From contig CAXXLZ010000001.1 of the NCBI GenBank assembly GCA_963675595.2, forward strand, positions 672,001-736,000: a DNA stretch of 64,000 bases, in the 5' to 3' direction. This DNA is from Thermodesulfobacteriota bacterium (GTDB lineage Bacteria; Desulfobacterota; Desulfarculia; JACQYL01). The notes under the pieces were generated by a model. It saw only the letters and a list, made by a program, of their open reading frames with translations, searched no databases and was not told the origin of the DNA. Shown here piece after piece: positions 19,656 through 31,113 of this stretch. The position numbers and the translations under genes are program-made. How positions within the stretch are numbered: the first letter of the stretch is position 1; the number at the start of each line of letters is the position of its first letter.

Positions 19656-20261
19656 AGCCACCCATTCCCTTGCATCCGATTTCGTTCCGGATCTACCGAT
19701 AACATTCCGTTTCACCCTCCCTATAACGACATCCGATATTCGGCGTGTGTTCCGGGTTCTTTCCGACCTTTGCAGGTGATGAAGGAACCCTTCGATGATA
19801 TTGACGAAAGCGTGCTCTCTCTAGAAAATGAAGAATGGGATTTCAAATGCCGGGAAACAGGGAAAGTCCCTGGTATCCATTTCCGGCGACCCGTGAGTCG
19901 ATTGAATCGTCCGAACTGTTCACGACGCGCCTGTGGTGGGTATCCTGTCCCCGACATTTTGTGTTTCTGCCCGGTTTTGATATACTGATCCCATCGGCAC
20001 TTCTCCCTGTTTCGATTATGGATTCATCATTAATCTTTCGGGCTCGAGATTTTTCTCGGGTTTTGGCCCGGTTGGAAGCCCAAAGACCGGCTTCGAGGGC
20101 TCGTAGAGATTCTTTTCGAGAGTGCGTGACGGGGTTTTCCGCTATAATCCGCCGAGCTTCCAATAGGGCTCGAACCGGGACGGCTCTTTGTATGCGGATT
20201 CGACAGGGATAGGCCGCCGCTCTCTATCGGCCCCCATGCAAGTCTACTTGAGGCGGACACC

Positions 20262-21878
20262 ATGTCTACAAGACCGACCTATGACGACCCGGAAAAGGTA
20301 ATCGGCGAACTGAGAAGCGAATTGGCTCTGAAGGACAGAGAACTGGAAAAGTTCAAGCGTTTTGTCGAACGGTCCCAGGATGTGATCTATCGGTTCGAGA
20401 TCGATACGAGACGTTTCGTCCTTTACAACCAAGCGGGATACGAACTTTACGGGCCGAGAGACGGCAAAGATGTCACGGCACAGACGGTCTTGTTGAGCGT
20501 TCATCCGGAGGACCGAGACCGTATCCGTAAGGCTGCGCAGGAATCTTTGGCTTCCGACCGTTCCGGGGGAGAGGTGGAATACCGCCAAGTAGGCGCAGAC
20601 GGCTCCTCCCGTCTGATGCATGATCGGTGGAACGTGATTCGGAATGAGTCCGGACGACCGATTGCTTTCGAGGGCATCGTCAGAGACGTTACCGAGCGAA
20701 AACGAGCTGAAGCGGAGAGAAGTCGATTGGAGAGTCAGCTTCGCCAAGCTCAGAAAATGGAGGCCATCGGCACGCTGGCCGGGGGAATCGCTCACGATTT
20801 CAATAACATTCTGGCGGCTATGATCGGTTACACTGAACTCGCACTCGATGATATTCACGAGGCGTCGGAGGCCAGGGGGAATCTTGAGCAGGTTTTGCAC
20901 TCCGGTTTTCGGGCAAAGAAGCTGGTGCAGCAAATCCTGAGTTTCGGCAGACGAACCGACCCGGAACGAAAGGCCGTCAAGATCGGCCCCGTCATTGAAG
21001 AAGGCATGATGCTGCTGAGAGCGTCGCTTCCCACAACCATCGAGATCGAAGAAGAAGTCGAAGACAAGACGGGCACCGTGTCGGCCGATGTGACACAGAT
21101 TCATCAGTTATTAATGAACTTGTGCACCAACGCCGCTCACGCCATGCGGGAACGGGGAGGAGTTCTGACGGTTCGTCTTGATCGCGTTGACTTGGGCGAG
21201 GATGCGGCCGCCGGCTGTGTAGAATTGAGTCCCGGCGCCTATATTCGGCTCATCGTCCGAGACACGGGGGAAGGCATGGCGGCGGATATCGCGGATCGGG
21301 TGTTCGAACCGTTTTTCACCACCAAGAAAACGGGTGAAGGCACCGGCATGGGGCTGGCCGTGGTGCACGGCATCGTGAAATCTCACGGCGGTACCATAAC
21401 CGTTCATAGTGAACCTGGTCGTGGTTCCCTCTTTCGGGTCTACCTACCGCTGCTGGAAGCTGAAGCGAGTGAAACCGGCCCGGCGAGTAGACAGCCCGTT
21501 CCCAAAGGCTCGGAGCATATTCTTTTCGTGGATGACGAGAAAGCCATCGCCGATATCGGCAAACGAATGCTGGAACGCCTCGGCTATGTCGTGACCTGCA
21601 GGACCTCCAGCCCGGAGGCACTGCAGGTATTCAGAGCGGATCCTCACCGATTTCAGTTGGTCATCACCGATCAGACCATGCCCAAAATGACCGGGGTGGA
21701 CCTGGCCAAAGAGCTTCTCGAAATTCGCCCTGATATTCCCATCATTATTTGTACGGGGTTCAGCACTCGAATCTCACATCAAAGCGCCGAAGAGCTGGGC
21801 GTCAAGCGGGTTCTGATGAAGCCCCTGGCGGCTCGTGAAACGGCGGAAGCCATTCGGGAAGTGCTGGACGAAAAGTGA
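20262..21878 (+). CDS. PAS-histidine kinase-receiver hybrid sensor
   Basis: PAS (VHPEDR), AGGIAHDFNN H-box, NLCTNA, FFTTK..GTGMGL, ILFVDDE..ITDQTMP. Confidence 0.93.
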   Translation: MSTRPTYDDPEKVIGELRSELALKDRELEKFKRFVERSQDVIYRFEIDTRRFVLYNQAGYELYGPRDGKDVTAQTVLLSVHPEDRDRIRKAAQESLASDRSGGEVEYRQVGADGSSRLMHDRWNVIRNESGRPIAFEGIVRDVTERKRAEAERSRLESQLRQAQKMEAIGTLAGGIAHDFNNILAAMIGYTELALDDIHEASEARGNLEQVLHSGFRAKKLVQQILSFGRRTDPERKAVKIGPVIEEGMMLLRASLPTTIEIEEEVEDKTGTVSADVTQIHQLLMNLCTNAAHAMRERGGVLTVRLDRVDLGEDAAAGCVELSPGAYIRLIVRDTGEGMAADIADRVFEPFFTTKKTGEGTGMGLAVVHGIVKSHGGTITVHSEPGRGSLFRVYLPLLEAEASETGPASRQPVPKGSEHILFVDDEKAIADIGKRMLERLGYVVTCRTSSPEALQVFRADPHRFQLVITDQTMPKMTGVDLAKELLEIRPDIPIIICTGFSTRISHQSAEELGVKRVLMKPLAARETAEAIREVLDEK

Positions 21879-21912
21879 TGAACCTCCAGAATGCATTTGC
21901 CGCATCGGTCTA

Positions 21913-23442
21913 CTAACCCTCCCATTTGATTGAGTACAGGTCTTTGCGGCGGCTTTCCAGATTTCGAACACTGCCGTGTTTGCGGAGTTCTTTTAGAAGG
22001 TCAAGATCAACGTCGGCCAGCAGCGTCATTTCCGTGTTGGGGGTTGCTTCGGCCGCCACGGCGTCATGAGGAAACGCAAAGTCCGAGGGCGTGAATATGG
22101 CGGCCTGAGAATACTGGATGTCCATGTTTTCAACATTGGGCAGATTGCCCACACTGCCGGAAATGGCCACATAGCATTCATTCTCAATGGCCCGAGCTTG
22201 GGCGCAGCGCCGAATGCGAAGATAGGCGTTCTTCGTATCCGTCCAAAAAGGCACCAAAAGAATCTGCATACCCTGATCCGCGAGGAGCCGGGACAGTTCC
22301 GGGAACTCGATGTCGTAACAAATCAGGATGCCGATTTTCCCCACGTCCGTTTGGAACACCCGCAGGTCCCGCCCTCCCTGTAATCCCCAGTACTCGGACT
22401 CATCGGGCGTGATGTGCAGTTTGTACTGTGAACTCCAGGTGCCGTCCCGTCTGCAGATGAAAGAGACGTTGAAAAGCTTTCCGTCGTTGAGTTCGGGCAG
22501 GCTGCCGGCAACGATGTTGATGTTGTAGCTCACGGCCATTTTCAGTATTTCGTCCCTGAGATGGTCCGTGTGTTCGGCCAGTGACCGGACGGCCGAAGGC
22601 GGGTCTTCCCGTCCGTAGTTCGCAAGGAGCGGGGCGTTGAACAGCTCGGGAAAGAGCAGTAAATCCGCATTATAACCGGAAACGGTATCCACGAAAAATT
22701 CCACTTGGCGGAGCAGGTCGTCGAAAGATTCGAGAGCCCGCATTTGCCATTGCACCACGCTCAGGCGCGCGTTCGACTTGCGTCCCCATACGATTTTCTT
22801 TTTGCTTTCGTAAAAGATGTTGTTCCATTCGAGGAACACGGCGTGGCTTCTGGATTGGCTGTCTTCGGGAATGTAATTGGGAATTACTCGTTTGGGATGG
22901 AAGTCGTTGGATAACTGGAAGGTCAGCACCTGATCGACGATTTCCTTGTTGCGCACTTTTTCGATGTATTGCCCCGGCGTCAATTCCTGGTGATATTTTG
23001 AGTATCCCGGAATTCGTCCGCCCACGATGATGCCTTTGAGGTTCAACTGCTCGCACAGTTCTTTCCTCGCATCGTAGAGGCGGCGTCCCAGCCGCATTCC
23101 CCGGTAGTCCTCGTGCACGAAAACGTCAATACCGTATAGATAGTCTCCTTCCGGGTCATGCTTGTCGAACCTTCCACGGGAAACGATGTCTTCGTAGGAA
23201 TGGTTTCGTTCAAGGTTCGCGTACTCAACAATCAAGGTCAACGCCGCTGCGACCACGGTTCCTTTGTCCTCTATGCATATCTGGCCCTCCGGAAAGACCG
23301 ACAGAAGGGTCGAGAATTCCTCCAGGGTCCAGGCGCCTCCCATGTTGGAATAGGCCTGTTTCATAATGATTTTAACGTCGTCGTGATCCGTGATGTGCAG
23401 ATTGCGGGTTTCGAGTCTGTGTTTGCTGGTTTCGAATTCCAT
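21913..23442 (-). CDS. bifunctional GNAT acetyltransferase / carbon-nitrogen hydrolase
   Basis: VFVHEDYRGMRLGRRLY (GNAT); FPELF, YKLHIT, ICYDIEF (E-K-C triad), ARAIEN. Confidence 0.9.
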   Translation of the reverse strand: MEFETSKHRLETRNLHITDHDDVKIIMKQAYSNMGGAWTLEEFSTLLSVFPEGQICIEDKGTVVAAALTLIVEYANLERNHSYEDIVSRGRFDKHDPEGDYLYGIDVFVHEDYRGMRLGRRLYDARKELCEQLNLKGIIVGGRIPGYSKYHQELTPGQYIEKVRNKEIVDQVLTFQLSNDFHPKRVIPNYIPEDSQSRSHAVFLEWNNIFYESKKKIVWGRKSNARLSVVQWQMRALESFDDLLRQVEFFVDTVSGYNADLLLFPELFNAPLLANYGREDPPSAVRSLAEHTDHLRDEILKMAVSYNINIVAGSLPELNDGKLFNVSFICRRDGTWSSQYKLHITPDESEYWGLQGGRDLRVFQTDVGKIGILICYDIEFPELSRLLADQGMQILLVPFWTDTKNAYLRIRRCAQARAIENECYVAISGSVGNLPNVENMDIQYSQAAIFTPSDFAFPHDAVAAEATPNTEMTLLADVDLDLLKELRKHGSVRNLESRRKDLYSIKWEG

Positions 23443-24017
23443 TGCTCCCTCAGGTCGGGCTGGGGGGTTGTCGTTGCGAGGGCGCGTGTAGCGTCGGCCC
23501 GGATCTTCATCGGGCGCGGATTGGGACGAGCCCTTTCCTCTATGCCGTGTTCGAGTATGAATGGTGAAGACCCTGTTTATCAACCTGTTCCGGCGGAGGT
23601 AACCGTAACCCAATGCGGGTCCCTTCGCTCGTCGGCCCTAGCGAACGGACTGCGCGGTGAACCAATAGGAGCGGGGGCGGTAATCCCTATTTTTCAAGGA
23701 GTCGGGTCGCGTCGCAAAAAGAAATGTGCGCCTCTGCGGCCCAACAACCCGGCTTCCCGCTTCTATGCTACGGTTCCCGAGTGCCGGATTTTCACCGGAT
23801 CTGGTTGAAATAAGAGAAGTCGGCCGTAATGGTGCGTGTGAGGAATCAAGCGGTTCCCGCGATTCCCGTCCTAAGCACGTTCAATACGAGTACTCGGCTT
23901 CTTCGGCTGGACGAGACTACCGGGTGATTTTTTCGACGCCGGTGGCCGGCGATGCCGGGAGTGGCTAGATTGGTACATTAGAACAATTCCACAATATCCA
24001 ACATCAGGAGATCGAGC

Positions 24018-24506
24018 ATGAAGGCAAAGACGAAGTTGGGACTTATCGGGTTGATGCTGGGCATCGCGGCAATGGCGACGGGGCCGGTTTATGCGGGTTT
24101 CGGGCAAGGTCCCGTACATACTCGCGGTCCCATGTATGGTGACATCGCAGATTTCGAACTTATCACGTTCGACGGCACGGTGGATTACGTTCAGCCGCCC
24201 ATTCTGATCGTTACCGATGAGCAGACCATACAATGGACGATGTATGCGGGTAATGCGTTCTACTGGGAGGATCAGGGGTACACCATGGATGTCGGCGACT
24301 CCGTAACCGTTGTCGGTGCCGCGGTCATGTATAACTCCGGCCTCGGTGGAGGAGGTATGCACGGTGGGAGCGGATTCACATCGGATGGAACCTCCACCCA
24401 CTTTGTGCTGTTTTCCGTTGACGACCACACCACCGGCCAAACGATGCAGTTCAGGGATCCGGACACGGGTGTCCCCCTATGGAGTCATTTTGGGTCGCGG
24501 CAATAG
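24018..24506 (+). CDS. exported hypothetical protein, probable OB-fold
   Basis: AGGAG RBS, signal peptide ending VYA, VGDSVTVVG and FRD..G.PLW pattern. Confidence 0.7.
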   Translation: MKAKTKLGLIGLMLGIAAMATGPVYAGFGQGPVHTRGPMYGDIADFELITFDGTVDYVQPPILIVTDEQTIQWTMYAGNAFYWEDQGYTMDVGDSVTVVGAAVMYNSGLGGGGMHGGSGFTSDGTSTHFVLFSVDDHTTGQTMQFRDPDTGVPLWSHFGSRQ

Positions 24507-24840
24507 GCAAAGACGTCCATTGGGAAGGTTTCCCGCACGCACGATGGTGGGAACCGTGGTCGTGGCCCTGAGACGTTTCCCGGACTGCGTTTCAGAAGGC
24601 CCCCCGGGAAAAAACATCTACTTTCAGCCCCGGCTGATTCCTGCAGGTCGGAGCTGTTGGATGAGCGGTGAACTGCGAAGCCGTGAAAATAAGTGGCTGC
24701 CCGTCATTCCAAGGGGTAATCGGGCGGACCTTGCACAATCCTGAGAGCCGGCGTGCTGTTTTGTGGTGTCGCCGAAAGGAGACAGGCCGACCGCAGCAGC
24801 GGTCGGCCCGTCTCAAGAGGCGCTGGACGCGGTAAACGGG

Positions 24841-27603
24841 TTAGAAGTCCTGCAGGTCGTCCGCATCCAGCGGAATAACTTGCTCCGGTGCGATCTCCTT
24901 GGCTTGACGGACGGTGACTTCGCGGCCTTTGGCGGGGAGCGGCGCGTCCTCCGACGGGTGTTCCTGTATCCGGCGCCGTGTGTCGGTACGCATGAGGCTA
25001 CCGCCCACCAAAGTGATCAGACGATTCACCATCTCCGTCAACTGCTCTGCCTGTGTGCTCAACTCCGCGGCGGCGCCGGCCGATTCTTCGGCGTTGGCCG
25101 CGTTCTGTTGGGTGACTTTGTTGGCCTCGGCCATTGCTTTGGTGACCTCGTCGATGCCCTGGGCCTGTTCTTTGGATGCCGCGGCAATCTCGGCCACCAA
25201 TGAGCCCACCTTTCCGGCACTTTCCGCCACCTGGGTAAAGGCCTCGGTCGTCTGGGTCACCAAGTTCGATCCGTCGTTGACCTTGCGTACGGTCCCTTCG
25301 ATGAGTTGGGCCGTGTTCTTGGCGGCCTCGGCGGCACGCATGGCCAGGTTCCGGACTTCATCCGCCACCACGGCGAAACCGGCGCCCGCTTCGCCGGCAC
25401 GGGCCGCCTCAACGGCTGCGTTGAGAGCCAGCAGGTTGGTCTGAAAGGCGATTTCGTCGATGGTATTGATGATCTTGGAAGTCTCCCTACTGGCTTCCGA
25501 AATCTCTCCCATGGATTTGATCAGGTGGTTCATGTTGGCGTCGGCCTTGGCGACCACATCATTGGTCTCCCGCATCAAACCGTCGGCCCGGCCTGCATTC
25601 CCCGCATTCTGCTGGGTCATGGCCGACATCTCCTCAAGGGAAGACGAGGTCTCCTCGTTGGAGGCCGCCTGCTCGGATGCGCCTTCCGCCAGTTGCTGAC
25701 TGGCGGAGGAGACCTGTTCGGAAGCGTAGGAAACCTGTTGGGCGGTGCCGTCCAGGCCTTTGATGATCTGGTTGATAGGTCGCGTGATGGAACGGGTCAC
25801 CCAGAGCGCCACCAGCGTAATCGCCACGATGCCGATAAGGGCGACCAGACCGGTCATCCATTGCATCATGCCCACCGCCTCGAAAGCCTCACCTTTTTCG
25901 ATTTCAGCGATCAGAGCCCAGGTGGTGTCCCCGATCTTTACGGGGGCGAAAGCCGAAAGGACCGTATCCCCCTCATAGTTCTTAATGATTTCTTCATTGC
26001 TGGTTCCGGAAAGCGCCGCCCGCACGGCTTCCGTGTCCACTGAGCCTTTGGATGGGTCGGCAAAGGATGCTTTGACCGTATGGTTCGCGGGATCCAGATG
26101 GGAGTCGGAACGCATGAGTTTGTCCGAACCGACGAGGTAGGTTTCTCCTGTTTCGCCCATGCCCGTTCGTTCCAGCATGATGCGATTGATGGAATCCAAC
26201 GAAACTTGGAGCGCCACCACAAGTTCCACTTGTTCGCCGTTCACCAGCGGCTGGGCGATAAAAGCGGCGGGTTCGCCGTTTCGGGGCGCGTAGGGCGCGA
26301 TGTCCGCGAAGCCGTAAGACCTGGTTTCCAGCACTTTTTTGACCAATACGCCCAGTCCGGAATCGGCGAAGGGACCGTCGACCAAATTGGTCTGATAGTC
26401 GGCGTTCTTCGCAGCCGAGTAAAAGCAGTAGCCGTTAGGGTTGAGAAGAAGCAGATCGATGTAGCCGTAGGTTTTCGCATAGTCGGCGAAAAACTCGTTA
26501 CCTTGTGTATCCATCGGACTGAAGGCCTCCGCCACATCAATTTCCGCGATAATAGCCCAACTCAGTCCTTCAATCTCCAGCGGGCTGTAAATGGAAAGCA
26601 CCGGTTTTCCTAAATAGCCGGTGATGACCTCTTGCCCCGAATTGCCCGCGAGGGCATTGCGGCTTGCCTGCGTATCCACCATGCCTTTATCCGGATTTTC
26701 AAACGAGGCTTTGACCGAATGGAATTCCGGATCCAGCAGGGAGTCCGAACGCATGAGCTTGTCGTCGGCCACCAGATAGGTCTCCCCGGTTCGGCCGAGC
26801 CCTTCGCGTTCCTGCATGATGCGGTTGACCGCTTCGAGTGGAATTTGGAGAACCGCCACGGCCTGCAAAGCACCACTCAAGTCTTTAATCGGGGCGCCGA
26901 TGAACGCGAGCGGGGCTCCCCCGACGGGAGCGTAGGGGCGAAAGTCCTCGATTTGGATCTCTTTGGTGTCGACGACCTTCCGCCACAACGCGGCCAATCT
27001 TTCCGTCTGGTAAGGACCGGTTTTCAGGTTGGTTCCAAGATCGGAGTTCTTGGCCGCGGCGTACATTACGTGGCCCAAATCCGCACTGACGACATAGGCG
27101 TCCGAATAGCCGTACACCGTCACATAGTCCAAAAGAGTCCGACCGCTCTCCTTCCAGATTTCTTCGTATTCGTACGTGTCGATCAGAAAGGAATCGCTTG
27201 CTCCGATATCCTCATCGAGTTGGTATTGCCGCAACAGCTTGTAGAGCTTTTGGGCGTCCTCGCTGTTGGCGAGAACGGCGATGTCTTTGCGGGCCCGGAC
27301 AAAAAACTCTTCAATTTGAGTCTTTTTGATCCGTTCGACGCTTTTCAGTTTCTCAAAGGCTTCGCGCCTGAGCGTTCTTACGGTCTCCAGGAGGACGCTC
27401 ATGTCCCCCCGGATGCCCGTGAAAAGATCGCCGATTTGGGTCTGCTTGACCTCGCGCATGCTTTCAAGCTGACCGAAAGCCTGCTTGGACAGCGCGTTGC
27501 TCGCATTTGTCAGAGTAATGATGGCGAGCACCGCGAAGGGGATCAATCCCACCGCCAAGAAAGCCACCAGCAGCTTGGTTCCGAGCTTCATCTTTCCTCG
27601 CAT
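24841..27603 (-). CDS. methyl-accepting chemotaxis protein with duplicated Cache sensor
   Basis: Two TM segments; two [14 protein letters not shown] repeats; [37 protein letters not shown] signalling tip. Confidence 0.95.
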   Translation of the reverse strand: MRGKMKLGTKLLVAFLAVGLIPFAVLAIITLTNASNALSKQAFGQLESMREVKQTQIGDLFTGIRGDMSVLLETVRTLRREAFEKLKSVERIKKTQIEEFFVRARKDIAVLANSEDAQKLYKLLRQYQLDEDIGASDSFLIDTYEYEEIWKESGRTLLDYVTVYGYSDAYVVSADLGHVMYAAAKNSDLGTNLKTGPYQTERLAALWRKVVDTKEIQIEDFRPYAPVGGAPLAFIGAPIKDLSGALQAVAVLQIPLEAVNRIMQEREGLGRTGETYLVADDKLMRSDSLLDPEFHSVKASFENPDKGMVDTQASRNALAGNSGQEVITGYLGKPVLSIYSPLEIEGLSWAIIAEIDVAEAFSPMDTQGNEFFADYAKTYGYIDLLLLNPNGYCFYSAAKNADYQTNLVDGPFADSGLGVLVKKVLETRSYGFADIAPYAPRNGEPAAFIAQPLVNGEQVELVVALQVSLDSINRIMLERTGMGETGETYLVGSDKLMRSDSHLDPANHTVKASFADPSKGSVDTEAVRAALSGTSNEEIIKNYEGDTVLSAFAPVKIGDTTWALIAEIEKGEAFEAVGMMQWMTGLVALIGIVAITLVALWVTRSITRPINQIIKGLDGTAQQVSYASEQVSSASQQLAEGASEQAASNEETSSSLEEMSAMTQQNAGNAGRADGLMRETNDVVAKADANMNHLIKSMGEISEASRETSKIINTIDEIAFQTNLLALNAAVEAARAGEAGAGFAVVADEVRNLAMRAAEAAKNTAQLIEGTVRKVNDGSNLVTQTTEAFTQVAESAGKVGSLVAEIAAASKEQAQGIDEVTKAMAEANKVTQQNAANAEESAGAAAELSTQAEQLTEMVNRLITLVGGSLMRTDTRRRIQEHPSEDAPLPAKGREVTVRQAKEIAPEQVIPLDADDLQDF

Positions 27604-27652
27604 ACGACGTTTCCCCTCCAGTTCGAAGCAGGTTTGTCGGCTGATGGGTGCC

Positions 27653-28606
27653 TTATTTCTTGGTGGACCAATGATCCGGGGAAACCACGATTTCCCACAA
27701 CGGCATACAGGCCATTTTGTACGGGTTGTACGTCACGTTCTTGTTAACCGCGAGAACCTTGTTGGGCGCGGGAACAAAGAGCATATAGGCGTTGTCGTAA
27801 ACATGGTGCATGATCTTCCCGCAGATACCGGTGAATTCCGGAGTGCCCACTTTGAGACGGAACATTTCGTCCACATAACCGTCCAATACGGGATCGGGGA
27901 AAATGGTGCTCCAGTAGTTGTGAGTACGGTATACGAGAAAATCGGACCAAGGATGGTTGTAGTACCAGTCGTCCAGGCCCCAGCTAAGGAGATCCCAATC
28001 TTTGGTGTTCTTTTTTGCATTGGTGGTAAGGAGTTGGCCGAAAACGTCCTTTTCGCTGGTGGTGATGTCGAAATCCAACTTGACGCCCACCTTGCGCAGA
28101 TCGCGGGCGATCTCCTTCCAGATGAACATGAAGCGATCCTGCGTGTACACCTTCAGGGTCAAACCATCCAGAATGCCTTTGAGTTCGTCGCGGATCGTCT
28201 CAGGGTCCTGTACTTCCGAATAAGGCCGCAGAGTCTTAACGATTTCCCGGACTCCGGGGAACAACGGAGAGGCGAGGGTCGGGGTCGTGAGGCCTTCACC
28301 TTCGTAGGCTCGCTTGAGGAGTTTGGACTGGTCGATGGCCCGGTTCAAGGCGACACGGACCTTCGTGTCCAACAATTTGGGATTGCCGTTGCGAAGATTG
28401 AAATGAATGGCGATGGTGTTGGTCGACGGGGAGGTGACCAGTTTGGCGTAGGGAGAAGCATCCGCCTTGGATTTCATGGAAAAGGGAATCGGCATGACGT
28501 CGAGAGCGCCCTCTTTGTCGAACACGTTCTCAAGGGCCACCTTGGTATCCAGCTCCGTATAGACGGTGACTGTCTCAATCTTGGGGTAGTTGGGATCCCA
28601 GTAATT
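27653..28606 (-). pseudogene. family-5 ABC solute-binding protein, 3' part (IS-interrupted)
   Basis: YWDPNYPKIETVTV, DTKVRVALNRAID; continues the 5' part once the IS and one target duplication are removed. Confidence 0.85.
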
Positions 28607-30482
28607 GATGCCGTCGTAAGAACCCCCCTTTACGAACAGGGCTGTTTTTTGGAGCATTGGAAGTTCAAGCGGCCATTGCAACACTGCCAAGGTTACTGTC
28701 ATCGTGACATAGGCTACAAAGACGACGGAAATTATCGTTGCTGCCTCCCTCTATCGAGTTGGAAAGGGCCTTCTTGGCCTTATCAAGGCGGCTCTGGACG
28801 AACCTCTTGATGTTGATGGCCAGGGCCTTCATGAAAACAGATAAGGTGACCCGTTTTTTGCCTCGGGTCCACGATCGTTTCAATCCCGTGACCCGATCCG
28901 CTTCGGAGATGGTGGCCTCGATGCCGGACCGGATTTTGTAGCGTTCTTTGAAATCATGGCTTTCCTGCTGTAGTCTGCGCTTGGAGGTCGCCATGTCCTT
29001 GCGCTTGTACTTCAGTCGATAATTTCCGCCCTTGATCCGTTTTACCGGACAGATGGGGAGAAATTCGCATAGGAGACAGTGCTCGCGGGAAAACACGGCT
29101 TCCACCGCTTTGCCGCGGTCAACGATCTTGCATTCAAGTGGCGCGTGCCCCCGGATACAGTAAACGACCTGGGTGCAGTCCTCGTTCGTTTCAAAGTCAC
29201 TCAACTGCATCTTATTGAGATCCGGCGCTTTTCCGCAAGTCACCGGAGCGGTAAGCTCGACTCCGTGCTCGTGAGCTTGAAGGATGTTCTCGCCGCTGCC
29301 GTAGCCTGCGTCGGCGAACAACTCTTCGGGTTTGCGGCCCGTTTCCTCCAGGCGTTCGATAACGGGCATCACGTCTTTCTGGTCGCTGTCATAGGAAGGG
29401 GCCACGTCCACATCGGTGATCACCTGGAAGGGATTTTCCTTCACGCAGGTCTCCGTGAGGGAAGCCTTATATCCTTTGCCCTTGCGCCCATAGGTGGCGT
29501 CGGGATCCGAAGGATTCTGCAGGGAGTCCGCAGGGATTTCCTTGGGCTTCTCGAGTTCTGTTTTGTCGGGATCTCCCTCGGTGAAACGGCATTGCTCCGA
29601 CAGTAGTCGGGCCATCAGCCGGTATTCTTTCATTCGGCTGATTTCCGGATGACCTCGGAAGCGGTCCACCAGGTCGGCGAGATGGCGGGCGGACTTGTCC
29701 AGACGACGCTTGGCCCGCGATGATTTTGCATCGGCAAAATAGCCTGCGCGCTTCAAGTAGGCCTTGTCGTAAAGTCGGGGCAGTTTCTCATACAACTTGG
29801 GATGTTTCTTATGGAGCCGTTTCAAGAACGCCTCGATGGTGCGCGTAAAGAGCCCCAGACGGCTCAGATGAGCCATGTTGGAAGTGATCTGTGTGGAGTC
29901 CAACCGCTGTTTGTCCGTGCTAAGGGCCGCCGTCTCGATGATGGCGTCCGTGATTCCGGTAAAGAGGCTCCGCGCTTGCTTGTTGTCGGTAATCAAGGTC
30001 CGGAAATTGTGCAGGGTCTTCTGGCAGACGTGAGATTCAAAGGCGTTGATGTTGAAGGCATATTGCCAACGCAGATCGAAGTCCAGAGCGCCCAAGACTT
30101 CCGCATCGGTCAGGCTGTTCATTTCCTTCAAAACACACGCTCCGACAAGGATGGCCACGGGTCTGTTGGGCCTGCCGTTGTCCTCACAGTAGAAAGGCCG
30201 GAAAGACTCCTCATCGATCATGGGAAGCACCAGGCGCCGGAACGGACCGGCCCACGTCTTCTCCAACGCCTCGATCCTGTCTGCGGGAAGGCAAATATCG
30301 TGGTCGAAAATGGTCTTTTGCGTTCTCTTAGGCCGAAACAAAACAACCCCCCTAAGGACCATATTATTAATCAAGTCAGATACTTATCATACAGGACCCA
30401 AAAGAAAGGTCAACCCATAAATGCCATTTTTATTCATATTTTCAACTAGATACCTTTACGGAGAGGTTTTTACGAACTCATC
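28607..30482 (-). mobile_element. IS1182-family insertion sequence, about 1.88 kb
   Basis: Imperfect terminal inverted repeats GATGCCGTCGTAAGAACC / GATGAGTTCGTAAAAACC; flanking direct repeat AGTAATT (28600-28606, 30483-30489); single DDE transposase. Confidence 0.9.
28665..30374 (-). CDS. DDE transposase (IS1182 family)
   Basis: GRP..V, DSTQI, SLQNPSDPDATY, ADAGYGS, YKIRSGIEATIS; exact start uncertain. Confidence 0.9.
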   Translation of the reverse strand: MINNMVLRGVVLFRPKRTQKTIFDHDICLPADRIEALEKTWAGPFRRLVLPMIDEESFRPFYCEDNGRPNRPVAILVGACVLKEMNSLTDAEVLGALDFDLRWQYAFNINAFESHVCQKTLHNFRTLITDNKQARSLFTGITDAIIETAALSTDKQRLDSTQITSNMAHLSRLGLFTRTIEAFLKRLHKKHPKLYEKLPRLYDKAYLKRAGYFADAKSSRAKRRLDKSARHLADLVDRFRGHPEISRMKEYRLMARLLSEQCRFTEGDPDKTELEKPKEIPADSLQNPSDPDATYGRKGKGYKASLTETCVKENPFQVITDVDVAPSYDSDQKDVMPVIERLEETGRKPEELFADAGYGSGENILQAHEHGVELTAPVTCGKAPDLNKMQLSDFETNEDCTQVVYCIRGHAPLECKIVDRGKAVEAVFSREHCLLCEFLPICPVKRIKGGNYRLKYKRKDMATSKRRLQQESHDFKERYKIRSGIEATISEADRVTGLKRSWTRGKKRVTLSVFMKALAINIKRFVQSRLDKAKKALSNSIEGGSNDNFRRLCSLCHDDSNLGSVAMAA

Positions 30483-31113
30483 AGTAATTGGGATTGGCCA
30501 CCAATACGGCCTCGGGCGTCTGACGGTCGCCCTCGATGTATCCTTCCTTCAGGATGTAGGGCCCCAAGCCGTAAGGTCCCGGTTCGGCCAAGTTGGGACA
30601 GGTGGCCTTGCCGTTCCAGCCGAATTTTTTCAGGTAATCGCTGGTGTAGAACTGAATCCATATGGTGTCGTTGAGGAACTGGCCGTATGGTTCCGTCAGG
30701 TAGAAACGGACCGTGTGGTCGTCGACCTTCTCTACGTGGTCGAAAACCTTGTCGATCTTTGTGAAAAGAATCGGCTTTTCCTTGAAGTATTTCATGTTCT
30801 CGACAACGGCATCCGCATTGAAGGGAGTGCCGTCTTGGAACTGAACGCCTTCCCTCAATTTGAACTCGTAGGTTTTGTCGTCTATCTGTTTATGGCTGAC
30901 GGCCATGTCGTAGTTCCAGCCTCGCTCGTTGTCCGCGGGCCGCAACAAAGCGCCGTTGACGGCATGGGAAATGTAGATGTAGGGAAGGCTCGGAATAAAC
31001 ACTTTGATGTGCGAACCCGGAACCGCTTTGCACCACGCACTTCCGACAGGAACCAGAACCGCAATCAATAGAGCCGCCAAAAACATCCTGACTGTAGACT
31101 TTGCCACTTTCAT
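30483..31113 (-). pseudogene. family-5 ABC solute-binding protein, 5' part (IS-interrupted)
   Basis: AAGGAG RBS, signal peptide, YEFKLREGVQFQDGTPFNADAV, GLGPY, ANPNY then a stop created at the IS junction. Confidence 0.85.

Noticed and set aside
27653-28702. 349-aa ORF as an independent gene
   Set aside because: It is the 3' half of the IS-split SBP gene, and its apparent start lies inside the IS
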